DNA of 64,000 bases, taken from assembly GCA_965242525.1 (NCBI GenBank), contig OZ251459.1:1280001-1344000 (forward strand), read 5' to 3'. The translations under genes were made by a program, and so were the position numbers. Positions 21,115-30,030 of the stretch are shown here, piece after piece; position 1 is the stretch's first letter; the number at the start of each line of letters is the position of its first letter. The DNA is from an uncultured Candidatus Binatia bacterium. GTDB lineage: Bacteria; Desulfobacterota; Binatia; UBA9968; JAJDTQ01. The notes under the pieces were generated by a model, which had not been told where the DNA came from, did not search any database, and saw only the letters and a program-made list of their open reading frames with translations.

Positions 21115-22350
21115 ATGGAAAAGGTCCCCGTCTTCATCCTCACGGGCTTCCTCGGCGCCGGCAAGACCACCCTGCTGAACCGCATGCTCACCGCGCCCCA
21201 CGGGCGCCGCATCGCCGTCGTCATCAACGAGTTCGGCGAGGTGGGCATCGACCACCATCTCGTGATCGCCTCGGAGGAAGAGATCCTCCAGATGAACAAC
21301 GGCTGCATCTGCTGCACGGTCCAGGGGGACCTGCTGCGGGTGCTGCTCCGGCTCCTGGAACGCCGCGGCGCCTTCGACTACCTGGTGGTGGAGACCTCCG
21401 GCCTCGCGGACCCCACGGTCCTGGTGCAGACCCTGCTGCTGGACGAACGGGTCCGCAGGGACTTCGAGCTCCAGGCGGTGGTGACGGTGGTGGACGGAAT
21501 GCACGTCGAGCAACAGCTCGCGGCCCACCACGAGGCCCGGGAGCAGGTCGCCTGCGCGGACGCGCTCCTGCTGAACAAGACGGACCTGATCACGCCGGAG
21601 GAAGCGGACTCCCTGGCGGCCAGGCTCGCGGACCTGAACCCCGCGGCCCGGGTGACCCCCACGCGGAACGCGGAAGTGGATATGGGCGAGCTGCTGGAGA
21701 TGCGCGCCTTCGACCTGGAGGCCAAGCGCCGCGCGGTGGAAGGCTGCGACCACCGGGACCACACCTCGGTCCAGACCGTCTCCTTCGTGCAGCCCGGGGA
21801 CCTGGACAAGGCCCGCCTGAGCCGCTGGTTCCGATCCGTGTTGGCCGAGAGGGGAGCCGACCTCCTGCGCATGAAGGGCATACTCAACATGTACGGCGAC
21901 TCCCACCAGTTCGTGTTCCACGGGGTCCACAGCATGTTCGAGGGTCGTCTGGGACGGGAATGGGAGGACGGCGAGGATCGGTTGAACCGCTTGGTCTTCA
22001 TCGGCCGGGACCTGGACGGCGACGAGCTGCGCCGCGGCCTCGGGGGCTGCCTCCGGTCCGGGGACGAGGACGCAACGGACGGCGAGCCGGACATCTACCG
22101 GGAGGTCTCGCCCTTCACCCTGGACCAGATCCGCGTCTGGGTCCGGCAGGCGCTGGAGTTCCCTTCCCGCACCCCGGTCACCATCAAGGAGGTGCCTTGC
22201 GTCAAGCCCGGCTGCCCTCCCATCGAGACCGCCATCATGGTGTTCCTGGAAGCGGAACCCCCGCGTTTCTACAAGATCCAGAAGACCATCAACGAGGTCA
22301 ACTTCGACAGCGTCTACAACCTGATCGAGAACCCCATGCCGTGTTGCTGA
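21115..22350 (+). CDS. COG0523/CobW-family metallochaperone GTPase with fused C-terminal Cys-rich domain
   Basis: GFLGAGKTT, NEFGE, GCICC, ETSGLA, LNKTD, CobW_C (LRMKG, LVFIGR); extra ~85 aa with CVKPGCPPIET and terminal CC. Confidence 0.9.
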   Translation: MEKVPVFILTGFLGAGKTTLLNRMLTAPHGRRIAVVINEFGEVGIDHHLVIASEEEILQMNNGCICCTVQGDLLRVLLRLLERRGAFDYLVVETSGLADPTVLVQTLLLDERVRRDFELQAVVTVVDGMHVEQQLAAHHEAREQVACADALLLNKTDLITPEEADSLAARLADLNPAARVTPTRNAEVDMGELLEMRAFDLEAKRRAVEGCDHRDHTSVQTVSFVQPGDLDKARLSRWFRSVLAERGADLLRMKGILNMYGDSHQFVFHGVHSMFEGRLGREWEDGEDRLNRLVFIGRDLDGDELRRGLGGCLRSGDEDATDGEPDIYREVSPFTLDQIRVWVRQALEFPSRTPVTIKEVPCVKPGCPPIETAIMVFLEAEPPRFYKIQKTINEVNFDSVYNLIENPMPCC

Positions 22351-22467
22351 CCCCGTATGGGTTCCCGCTTCCCTCACCCTGACACTTGTACGATCGTCCT
22401 CGTCGTTGTCCCTGTCGTTGCCGGACCCGCACGGATTCCTGCTTCCCCCACCCTGACACCCCTGTCC

Positions 22468-22565
22468 CCGTTCGTCTCCTGAGCGTGGAGGAGCTACTCC
22501 CCGTTCGTCCTGAGCGTAGCGAAGCGAAGTCGAAGGACGCGCTTCACGCCCTCTGTCCCGTTCGT
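22468..22565 (+). repeat. REP-like family A cluster (CCGTTCGTCCTGAGCGTAGCGAAGCGAAGTCGAAGG): one full copy 22501-22536 and two degenerate copies
   Basis: Identical 36-mer at 25955 and, inverted, at 29849. Confidence 0.85.
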
Positions 22566-22634
22566 TCGGAGGTTCCTTGGCAAGCACCGACGTTTGCACG
22601 GATGGCAGGGGGCTTCCGGCTTGCGGACGCAGGG

Positions 22635-23255
22635 CTACAGCGCTCGCCGCCCTTCGATGGCTTCGCCCAGGGTGCCGGCGTCTGTGTACTCGATCTCCCC
22701 TCCCAGGGGCAGGCCCCGGGCGATGCGGGTGATGCGGATGCCCAGGGGCTTGAGCATCTTGGCGAGGTAGAGGGCGGTGGCGTCTCCTGCCCGGGTGGCG
22801 TTGGTGGCGACGATGACCTCCGCGGGAGGGACGTCGCGGACCCGCGCCATGAGCTCCTCGATCTTCAGGGCGTCGGGTCCCACGCCGTTGAGCGGGAAGA
22901 TGGCGCCGTGGAGCACGTGGTAGAGGCCCTTGTACTCCCCGGAACGTTCGAGCGCCATGAGGTCCGAGGGCTCTTCGACCACGCAGATGGTGGCGTCGTC
23001 CCGTTCGGGGTCGCGGCAGACCCTGCACGGCGCGACTTCCTCGGACCCCGCGGGTATCTCGCTCAGGCCGAAGCACCGGGGACAGAGTCCCATCTCCCGC
23101 TTCAGCTTCTCCATGCTTCCGGCCAGCGCCAACACCGACTCCTTCCGGTCCTTGAGCAGGTGGAAGGCCAAGCGGCCCGCGGTCTTCTCGCCGATGCCGG
23201 GAAGCCTGGACAGTTGCTCGATGACCCGGGCCAGGGGCGCCGGATATCCGGTCAT
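22635..23255 (-). CDS. recR: Recombination mediator RecR
   Basis: LPGIGEKTA HhH, C4 zinc finger, ICVVEE, YHVLHG TOPRIM, RIARGLPLGG. Confidence 0.97.
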   Translation of the reverse strand: MTGYPAPLARVIEQLSRLPGIGEKTAGRLAFHLLKDRKESVLALAGSMEKLKREMGLCPRCFGLSEIPAGSEEVAPCRVCRDPERDDATICVVEEPSDLMALERSGEYKGLYHVLHGAIFPLNGVGPDALKIEELMARVRDVPPAEVIVATNATRAGDATALYLAKMLKPLGIRITRIARGLPLGGEIEYTDAGTLGEAIEGRRAL

Positions 23256-23578
23256 GGCATCAACCCGGGGATCTTGACCCCTCCCGTCAGCTTGCTCATC
23301 TCCTCGGTGGCCATTTCCCTGGCCCGCCTCAACCCCTCGTTGACCGCGGCCCGGACCAGGTCTTCGAGCATCTCCACCTCTTCCGGGTCGATGACGCTCG
23401 GGTCCACCTTGATCGAAGCGAGGGTGAACTGCCCGTTGACCGTCACCCGGACCATGCCGCCGCCGGCAGTGGCTTCCACGGTCTTCTTCGCCAACTCTTC
23501 CTGGACCTTCGCAAGCTTCGACTGCATCTCCCGAGCCTGCTTCAAGAGGCCGCCCATGCCGCCCAGACCCTCGCTCAT
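23252..23578 (-). CDS. ybaB: YbaB/EbfC nucleoid-associated protein
   Basis: LLKQAREMQ, AGGGMVRV, MLEDLVRAAVNE; dnaX-ybaB-recR synteny. Confidence 0.95.
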   Translation of the reverse strand: MSEGLGGMGGLLKQAREMQSKLAKVQEELAKKTVEATAGGGMVRVTVNGQFTLASIKVDPSVIDPEEVEMLEDLVRAAVNEGLRRAREMATEEMSKLTGGVKIPGLMP

Positions 23579-23603
23579 GTGACCGCTCCCTTCCCCGGAG
23601 GCG

Positions 23604-25259
23604 CTACTTGACCGTACCCCCGAAAATCCGCAACGCTTCGTCCACGATGTCCTCCGGACCCTCCCGGTCCGGGGTCGGCGGAGCCTCGGGGCCGTCGGGG
23701 TTCGGCGGCGCTTCGGCCCCTCGCTCTTGGCCAGCCGCGGGCACGACGGTGACGGCCATCTCCCGCTCGAAGAAGTCGTCGAGAAGCCCCTTGAGGACTT
23801 CCGTGTTGCCGTTTCCCCGGAGGTAGTCCAGGTGCATCCGGTCCTCCATGCCCAGCTTCAGTCCCGCGGCCGACAGCTCCAGGACCCTGCCCTGCTTCAG
23901 GATGGCGGCAAGGGTGGGTTTCTCCCCGGAGACCGCGTCCACGAAACGGTCCCAGTCGTCGGCCCCGGGCTCCGGGCGCACGGGCCGCTTTTCGGTTCCG
24001 TGCGCGGCCGGTGCAAGTTTCGCGTGGCCCGGGTCCATCCCCTCCCCGTGGAGCGGTCCGGCTTCCTCCAGCTTCCGCTCCAGACGCCGCAACTGCTCGA
24101 TGGCGTCCACCACGTTCACGGTCCGGGGCAGGGTCGCCGCCCGGACCAGCGACGCTTCCATGTCGAAGCGCGGGTACGGCGAGCGGGACACGGCCTCGTC
24201 GCCCTGGACGATGAACCGATAGTACCCCATGAGGGTCTCGGGGTCCACGGACGCAACCTGTTCCCGGAGCCGGGCCATCTCCTCGTCGGTCAGGTCCATC
24301 AGCCGCCGGGAGCCGTCGCCGGCGTCGGAGGCCGCCCCCGCCTTTCCTTCCGTCAACCGTGTCACCAGCAGGTTGCGGAAGTGCTCCACCAACTCCCGGG
24401 ACAGGGCGGCGAGGTCCACCCCGGAAGCGGCCGCCTCCGCCACCCGTTGCAGGCACCCGGCAGGGTCCCCAGCGATGACCGCGGCGGAGATCTCGTGGAG
24501 CACCCGCCGCTCGGCCACCCCGAGGACGTCCCGCAGCAGCGGCTCGTCCACCGCCCCGCCCTCCCCCGCAGGCTCCACGAACGAGAGCACCTGCTCCAGC
24601 AGCGACTGGGCGTCGCGCATGCTGCCCTGGGCCGCCCGGCTCAGGAGCGTCAAGGCCCCGTCGGTGATGTCCAAGTCTTCCGCGTCCGCGATCCGCCGCA
24701 GCCGCTCGTGGATGTCCCGGACCTCGATACGCCGGAAGTCGAAGCGCTGGCAGCGCGAAAGGATGGTTTCCGGCAGCCGGTGGACCTCGGTGGTGGCGAG
24801 TATGAACTTGGCGAACGCCGGCGGCTCTTCCAGGGTCTTGAGCAGCGCGTTGAAGGCGTCCTTGGTGACCTGGTGGACTTCGTCGATGATATAGACCTTG
24901 AAGCGCGCCGCGGCCGGCTGGTAACGCACGTTCTCGATGATCTGCCGCACCTCGTCGATGCCGCGGTTGGAGGCCCCGTCGATCTCGTACACGTCGATGG
25001 AGCGGGCCTCGTTGATCTCCCGGCAGCGGACGCACTCGTTGCAGGGAGTGGGCGTGGGACCCTCGGTGCAGTTCAGGGACTTGGCCAGGATGCGCGCGGC
25101 GCTGGTCTTGCCCACCCCCCGGACCCCGGTGAACAGGTAGCAATGGGCGATGCGGCCTCGGTGGATGGCGTTGGCGAGGACCTGGGCGATGTGGGGCTGC
25201 CCCACCATGTCCGCAAAGCTCTGCGGACGCCACTTGCGGGCCAACACGAGATAGGACAT
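23604..25259 (-). CDS. dnaX: DNA polymerase III subunit gamma/tau
   Basis: YLVLARKWRPQ, GVRGVGKTS, EIDGASN, IIDEVH, SRCQ, GSMRDA. Confidence 0.97.
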   Translation of the reverse strand: MSYLVLARKWRPQSFADMVGQPHIAQVLANAIHRGRIAHCYLFTGVRGVGKTSAARILAKSLNCTEGPTPTPCNECVRCREINEARSIDVYEIDGASNRGIDEVRQIIENVRYQPAAARFKVYIIDEVHQVTKDAFNALLKTLEEPPAFAKFILATTEVHRLPETILSRCQRFDFRRIEVRDIHERLRRIADAEDLDITDGALTLLSRAAQGSMRDAQSLLEQVLSFVEPAGEGGAVDEPLLRDVLGVAERRVLHEISAAVIAGDPAGCLQRVAEAAASGVDLAALSRELVEHFRNLLVTRLTEGKAGAASDAGDGSRRLMDLTDEEMARLREQVASVDPETLMGYYRFIVQGDEAVSRSPYPRFDMEASLVRAATLPRTVNVVDAIEQLRRLERKLEEAGPLHGEGMDPGHAKLAPAAHGTEKRPVRPEPGADDWDRFVDAVSGEKPTLAAILKQGRVLELSAAGLKLGMEDRMHLDYLRGNGNTEVLKGLLDDFFEREMAVTVVPAAGQERGAEAPPNPDGPEAPPTPDREGPEDIVDEALRIFGGTVK

Positions 25260-25316
25260 GACGTATGGGGGCCGCTTCGAGGGCCGTTGCGCCCGGCCGC
25301 GCGCGGCGGGATGCTC

Positions 25317-25429
<113 letters not shown>

Positions 25430-25450
25430 CAACATCCCGGCCGCACGCGC

Positions 25451-25540
25451 TGGCGGAGAGGGAGGGATTCGAACCCCCGTTACCCGTGGGTAAACCTGAT
25501 TTCGAGTCAGGCGCCTTCAACCGGACTCGGCCACCTCTCC
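25451..25540 (-). tRNA. tRNA-Ser(CGA)
   Basis: GGAGAGG acceptor, anticodon arm CCTGA-CTCGAAA-TCAGG, long variable arm, GGTTCGAATCC T-loop, encoded CCA. Confidence 0.97.
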
Positions 25541-25660
25541 GCAATCCTACAGCCTAGCACGACCGGGGCCGCTTGGAAATGGCGAGGGTTGTCCAGGGTT
25601 CATGCAAGGAGGAGGCGCTTTTTCCATCCTTCCGAGCAAACCCCATGGCGCCGTGCATGA

Positions 25661-26117
25661 TGGATTCCCGCTTTCGCGGGAATGACGGCTCACCTTCCAT
25701 CGCGGCCGCTACCGCACGTGGCGCGTGCATGATGGATTCCCGCCCCCGCTTCCGCGAGGGCATGCTTTGCGGGAATGACGGAGGTGAGACTTTCGGGGGA
25801 ATGACGTCCTCGCCCCTGTCGCTCCCCTTCCCCTCCTGCCTTGCCCACACGAATTCCCGAAGAGCCACCCTGGACAACCCTCCCGTTCGTCCTGAGCGTA
25901 CCGAAGCGGAGTCGAAGGGAGGATTTTGATGAACGTCAAACTTCACATGAACACCCGTTCGTCCTGAGCGTAGCGAAGCGAAGTCGAAGGACGCGCTTTC
26001 CCATAGGGAGATGCGCCTCAAGCCAGGATTGATCAGAGGTTCCCATCCCGTCATTCCCTCTCATCCCGTCATTCCCGCGAAAGCCCACACCGTCATTCCC
26101 GCGAAAGCGGGAATCCA
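25661..26117. repeat. Mixed REP-like cluster: family B (GTCATTCCCGCGAAAGCGGGAATCCA) at 25661, 25733 (expanded), 26050/26068 (partial), 26092; family A at 25883 and 25955
   Basis: Directly visible palindromic copies in both orientations. Confidence 0.9.
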
Positions 26118-29100
26118 CTTTTCAGTAGAATCGCCGCGACACGTCTTGCGGTATCGGTGAAGCGCTGGACTTCCTCCGGCCGCAGCGGGCGGTCGAGGAT
26201 GCCGCGTTCACGGTAGGAAAGCCATTTCTTGAGGACCTGGTAGCCGCCGAGCTTGTAGTTCCAGACCGCGGCGGGGAGGTTGCGCCAGAAGGCGCGGTCG
26301 TTGAGGTGAACGTCGAAGGTGGTCTTGCCGAAGGTGGGGAGCGCAGCGCTCAGGGCGGTGCGTTCGTCCGGGGCGAAGGCGCGTTCGAGGCTCCGGCCTT
26401 GGCCCGGCATGACCGCCCCGCCCGCTCCGACGTGGCCCCAGCCCGCGGTGAGGGCGAAGTCGTCGCCGGTCATGTTGCGCCCGTCCGTGGTGGCGGGAAC
26501 GGCAATGGCGGCGAACTCCGGGCGCAACGCGCCCGTGGTGACGCCGGGGACTGGCGTGTCAGGGTCGAGCAGGGCCGCGAGTTCACGGCCCCGGGCGGCC
26601 GACCGGGCGAGGGCGTCCGCCGCTTCATTGGTCTCCCTGTCCGAGGATGCGGAGCCTTGTTCGGATGCGGGCGGGACGCCCGCGTTCCCAGGAAAGGCGC
26701 TTTCCACGGCTGGCTCATGGCCCTCATAAGCGGGGGACCCCCCTGGGAGCGCGGGCGTCCCGCCCGCAGGGGTGGGGGGCAAGGCAGAGCGAGTGGAATC
26801 CGGGGAGACCTCTGCGGTCCCGGTAGCAGGCCAGCCGGGAAGCGGGATGCGCGGCCACTCCATGCGGAGCGCCCCGGCGTTGGCCTCCCGGTAGGCGGGA
26901 TCGTGAAGCACGGCGAGTACGTGGTGGAACAGGTCCTCGACGCTCAAGCCGAGGCGGTCCAGGTAGCGCCGGGCCGCGGCCGAGAGGTTGGGGCGATTGC
27001 GGGGGCCGCCGGTGTCGCTTCCGATACCGTGCGCCGCGGGAGCGGGCGGCCACGCTCGGAGGTTGCCGTGGGCGCCGTCGTCCTCGCTCCCGATGTTCTC
27101 GTCGTGGAGCCAAGTAGGAAACATCATGGCGCCCCGCTCGATCAAATGCAGGGATGCGAGATGTTCCGTGGAGCAGGCCTGAGGTTCCGACGCATCCTTT
27201 CGTAGATGCTGAGCGGTGGAGAGCCACAGGTTCCCTTCGAACACGTGCGGTTTATAGTCGGCGCGCTTCTCGTCGAGCAGCTTCGTCTCGGCTTCCCAAT
27301 ACAGCCATCGGTTGTCGAACGGACGATAGGCGAAACGAACGAAACCGGCTTCGTCCGGCCCGCCGCGGGCAAGCAGCGCCTCGCGCACCTTGCGGGCGTC
27401 GAAGCGCGCCGTCGTCTTCATCGCCGCCGGGTATCGCCGTGCGATCTCCTCATGGCTCAAGCCCGGATCGAAATAGTCCCCGACCCGCGCTTTCAACAGG
27501 TCGAGATCCACATCGACGAGGAATGGGTCCCGGCTGGTCTTGACCCCAGGGAACGACACCGGGAACAGGTCCGGCAATGCTGGCCAGTCGAACCAATCCT
27601 TGCTCACCGCCATCGGCTTGAACGGCAAACCCAGCCGAAGCGCGGGTTCCAGCGTCGCATAATCGGAATCCATGTCGGGAGCGTCAAGGCTCTCCAACAT
27701 TGCCTGCCGTCTTTCCGCAGCACGCGCCTGATGGAAATCCCGGTACAGGATGCGTCCCCGAGCGGACGCGCCGCTTCCCGATCGTGACAACAATGCGATG
27801 CTGGCCCCGACCTTGATCCCCGGCGATTGTCCTTGCAGGGCAAACACCGTTTCGCTGGTCCGTCCGTCGGGAGCGTATTCCGAGACGATGCGGTCGCCAT
27901 GCAGGTTGTCGATGCGCACCGCGTCGAAGGCTTCCAGGTACCGTTCCCGCATCCCCGTAAACGACAGCCCGTCCAGCCACGAGTAGTTGGAAATGAAGCA
28001 CACCACGCCCCGGCCCGTCTTCTCCGCAATGCGCCGTTCCGCCATGCGGAAGAAGCGCACGTACAGGTCGTTCAACCCCTGTCCTTCCGGTCGCCGCACC
28101 CTCCTGGTCCTTCGGTAGGACTCCGACAACTCCCGCTCCTCGTCCACCGCCATGCCGGCAAAGCCGTTGTAGGGCGGATTGCCCAGGATCACCAGGATGG
28201 GCGTGTCCTGCTTCACCCGCTCCGCACGGTCCCGCTCCTCCTCCAGTTCCGGGAAGGGCAAGGGCTTGATCGTGTGGGGTTCCCACCCGGTCAGGGCGTT
28301 GGTGAGGAAGACGCCGGGCCGTTCATCCCCGTCGTCCTTCAGCGGCGCGTCCAGGTCCTGCATGGTCAGCCCCACCTGAAGGTGAGCCACCACGAAAGGC
28401 GCGGGCATGATCTCGAAGCCGAACACCCGCTCGGTGGCGGCCTGCTTCACCCGCACCCCGGCCAGCGCCCCCAGGCCGCTCCCTTCCAGGTTGACGGCGA
28501 TGCGACGCAAGACCTCCGCCAGATAGGCCCCGGTGCCGCAGCACGGGTCCAGCACATAGACGTTCTCCGCAGCCAGCCCCTCCGGGATGCCCAGGTCGTC
28601 CTTCAGGGCCCGGTCCACCCGCGCCACCATGTAGCGCACCACTTCGGAAGGGGTGTACCAGACCCCCAGTTGCTTGCGCAGTTCGGGGTCGAAGGCTTCG
28701 AGGAAGGGTTCGTAGAAGTAGGGCACGGCCTCGCCTTCGTGGAAGCGGGCGAAGAAGGCCGCGTGGTCCACCCGGTCCAGAGCGGCCGCGGTCCAGTCCA
28801 GGACTTCGACGAGACCCAGCGGTTGCAGGCGGCCGGGGTCGGATAGTTGCTGGAACAACGCTCGGAGCACCGGCGCGCGCAGGTGCCAAACCGCTTCGCG
28901 CCAGTGGAAGGAAGCGGGCGGGACGCCCGCGTTCCCAGGGGGGACGTTGGCGGGGACGTTCGGACTGCCGGCCCGCGCCCACAGCACCCAGGCGGAGAAG
29001 ACGCCGTAGAACAGCGTCTGCACCAGGGTCGAACGGAAGAAGCGCGCGCCTTTCTCTCCCTCGAAACGGACGCCCAACGCCTCTTCCAGCGCCTTGCGCA

Positions 29101-29758
29101 CCGCCTCCAACGAGGGCGCGTCGCCCGCGGCCTCGACACGGGCCAAGCCGTCCCGGGCATAGGAGGCCAGCAGCCACGCCAAGTCCCTGGGTTCGGCCAA
29201 CGCCGCCCGGTGCGACAGCGCCCGGCACAGGTACTCGCCCAAGCCCGCGCCGACTTCGCGGGCGAAAGTGCGCGGCTTCTCCAGCTTGCGCCGGAAGTCG
29301 TCCGCGCCATCCGCCAGCCGGAAGGTTTCGAGCTTCGCCGCACGGCCCGCGGCGTCCTCTCCCACCAACACGAAATCGCGGGTGTTGGTCACAAGCACCA
29401 GACGGTAGCGGTCCCAATAGCGGCTTACCTGGTCCCCCGCCGCGGTAAGCCATGCGTCATCGTCCGCGGTCTTCACTTCCACCACGCCACGCTCCGGCGT
29501 CTGGCCCTCACGCGGTTGGCCCCGCTGGACCTGCTTCGCTACGTAGAAGCCGAAGTCGGGATGGCCCGCGCCCTGGTCAGCCAACTCCTGGACGCAGAAG
29601 ACCTTGGGCTTGAGGGCTGTGCCCACGGCGTTGAGCAGTTGCGCCAGAGGTCCGTAACTCGACCGCTCCCCGGTGGCGCCGCCCGAAGCCCGCACCCGAC
29701 CCAAGTCGGCAAAATAGGTCTCTACCGCCGCGGTCAGGTTCACGTTCGCTGCCGTCAT
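26093..29758 (-). CDS. Type ISP/IIG-like restriction-modification enzyme (nuclease-like N-terminus + N6-adenine MTase + Type_ISP_C-like target recognition domain), no helicase
   Basis: PD...EVK..Q..RY N-terminus, motif I DPCCGTG, motif IV GNPPY, PGVKTSRD, YRPFD, GGYQVLKKWLSYR; ATG 29758 with AAGGAG RBS (the ORF-track 5' extension is spurious). Confidence 0.88.
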   Translation of the reverse strand: MTAANVNLTAAVETYFADLGRVRASGGATGERSSYGPLAQLLNAVGTALKPKVFCVQELADQGAGHPDFGFYVAKQVQRGQPREGQTPERGVVEVKTADDDAWLTAAGDQVSRYWDRYRLVLVTNTRDFVLVGEDAAGRAAKLETFRLADGADDFRRKLEKPRTFAREVGAGLGEYLCRALSHRAALAEPRDLAWLLASYARDGLARVEAAGDAPSLEAVRKALEEALGVRFEGEKGARFFRSTLVQTLFYGVFSAWVLWARAGSPNVPANVPPGNAGVPPASFHWREAVWHLRAPVLRALFQQLSDPGRLQPLGLVEVLDWTAAALDRVDHAAFFARFHEGEAVPYFYEPFLEAFDPELRKQLGVWYTPSEVVRYMVARVDRALKDDLGIPEGLAAENVYVLDPCCGTGAYLAEVLRRIAVNLEGSGLGALAGVRVKQAATERVFGFEIMPAPFVVAHLQVGLTMQDLDAPLKDDGDERPGVFLTNALTGWEPHTIKPLPFPELEEERDRAERVKQDTPILVILGNPPYNGFAGMAVDEERELSESYRRTRRVRRPEGQGLNDLYVRFFRMAERRIAEKTGRGVVCFISNYSWLDGLSFTGMRERYLEAFDAVRIDNLHGDRIVSEYAPDGRTSETVFALQGQSPGIKVGASIALLSRSGSGASARGRILYRDFHQARAAERRQAMLESLDAPDMDSDYATLEPALRLGLPFKPMAVSKDWFDWPALPDLFPVSFPGVKTSRDPFLVDVDLDLLKARVGDYFDPGLSHEEIARRYPAAMKTTARFDARKVREALLARGGPDEAGFVRFAYRPFDNRWLYWEAETKLLDEKRADYKPHVFEGNLWLSTAQHLRKDASEPQACSTEHLASLHLIERGAMMFPTWLHDENIGSEDDGAHGNLRAWPPAPAAHGIGSDTGGPRNRPNLSAAARRYLDRLGLSVEDLFHHVLAVLHDPAYREANAGALRMEWPRIPLPGWPATGTAEVSPDSTRSALPPTPAGGTPALPGGSPAYEGHEPAVESAFPGNAGVPPASEQGSASSDRETNEAADALARSAARGRELAALLDPDTPVPGVTTGALRPEFAAIAVPATTDGRNMTGDDFALTAGWGHVGAGGAVMPGQGRSLERAFAPDERTALSAALPTFGKTTFDVHLNDRAFWRNLPAAVWNYKLGGYQVLKKWLSYRERGILDRPLRPEEVQRFTDTARRVAAILLKSGFPLSRE
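26667..26767. repeat. Inverted doublet of REP-like family C (CCTGGGAR CGCGGGCGTCCCGCCCGC, R = A/G) inside the RM coding sequence
   Basis: Copies at 26667-26692 and 26742-26767 in opposite orientation; third copy 28914-28939; degenerate copy 27038-27058. Confidence 0.85.
28914..28939 (-). repeat. REP-like family C copy inside the RM coding sequence (encodes PGNAGVPPA)
   Basis: Identical 26-mer to 26667-26692. Confidence 0.85.
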
Positions 29759-29848
29759 GGTCTCCTTTGTTGCCGAGCGCGGCCTGACATGCAAGCACTG
29801 CACACGACTGCACCCTCTCCCCAACCCTGTTCCAGAAGGAGAGCGCGC

Positions 29849-30009
29849 CCTTCGACTTCGCTTCGCTACGCTCAGGACGAACGGAGGGTCATTCCCGCGA
29901 AAGCCTGTCCTCGCGGAAGCGGGGCGGGAATCCATTTTCAGAACCCCTGAAGAATCGAGGGAGGGGGCATGAGTGCGTCCTTCGACTTCGCTTCGCTCAG
30001 GATGAACGG
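29849..30009. repeat. REP-like cluster: family A (29849-29884, 29979-30009, minus orientation) and expanded family B (29888-29934)
   Basis: Directly visible; same units as 25661-26117. Confidence 0.9.
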
Positions 30010-30030
30010 GGATGGGATCAGGGCTGCGGG

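Noticed and set aside
22342-22400. Possible Sec readthrough at the COG0523 terminus (..CC-TGA)
   Set aside because: Downstream frame is repeat-derived, not protein-like, and shows no convincing SECIS
23604-25259. Programmed frameshift in dnaX (long overlapping ORF 23575-25233)
   Set aside because: No A-AAA-AAG or poly-A/T slippery site seen; the overlapping frame is a low-complexity shadow
25661-26117. Repeat cluster as a CRISPR array
   Set aside because: Mixed orientations, irregular spacing, two repeat families and no cas genes
25451-29758. tRNA-Ser as integration site of a genomic island carrying the RM gene
   Set aside because: The RM gene lies on the 5' side of the tRNA; no duplicated tRNA 3' end or integrase is visible
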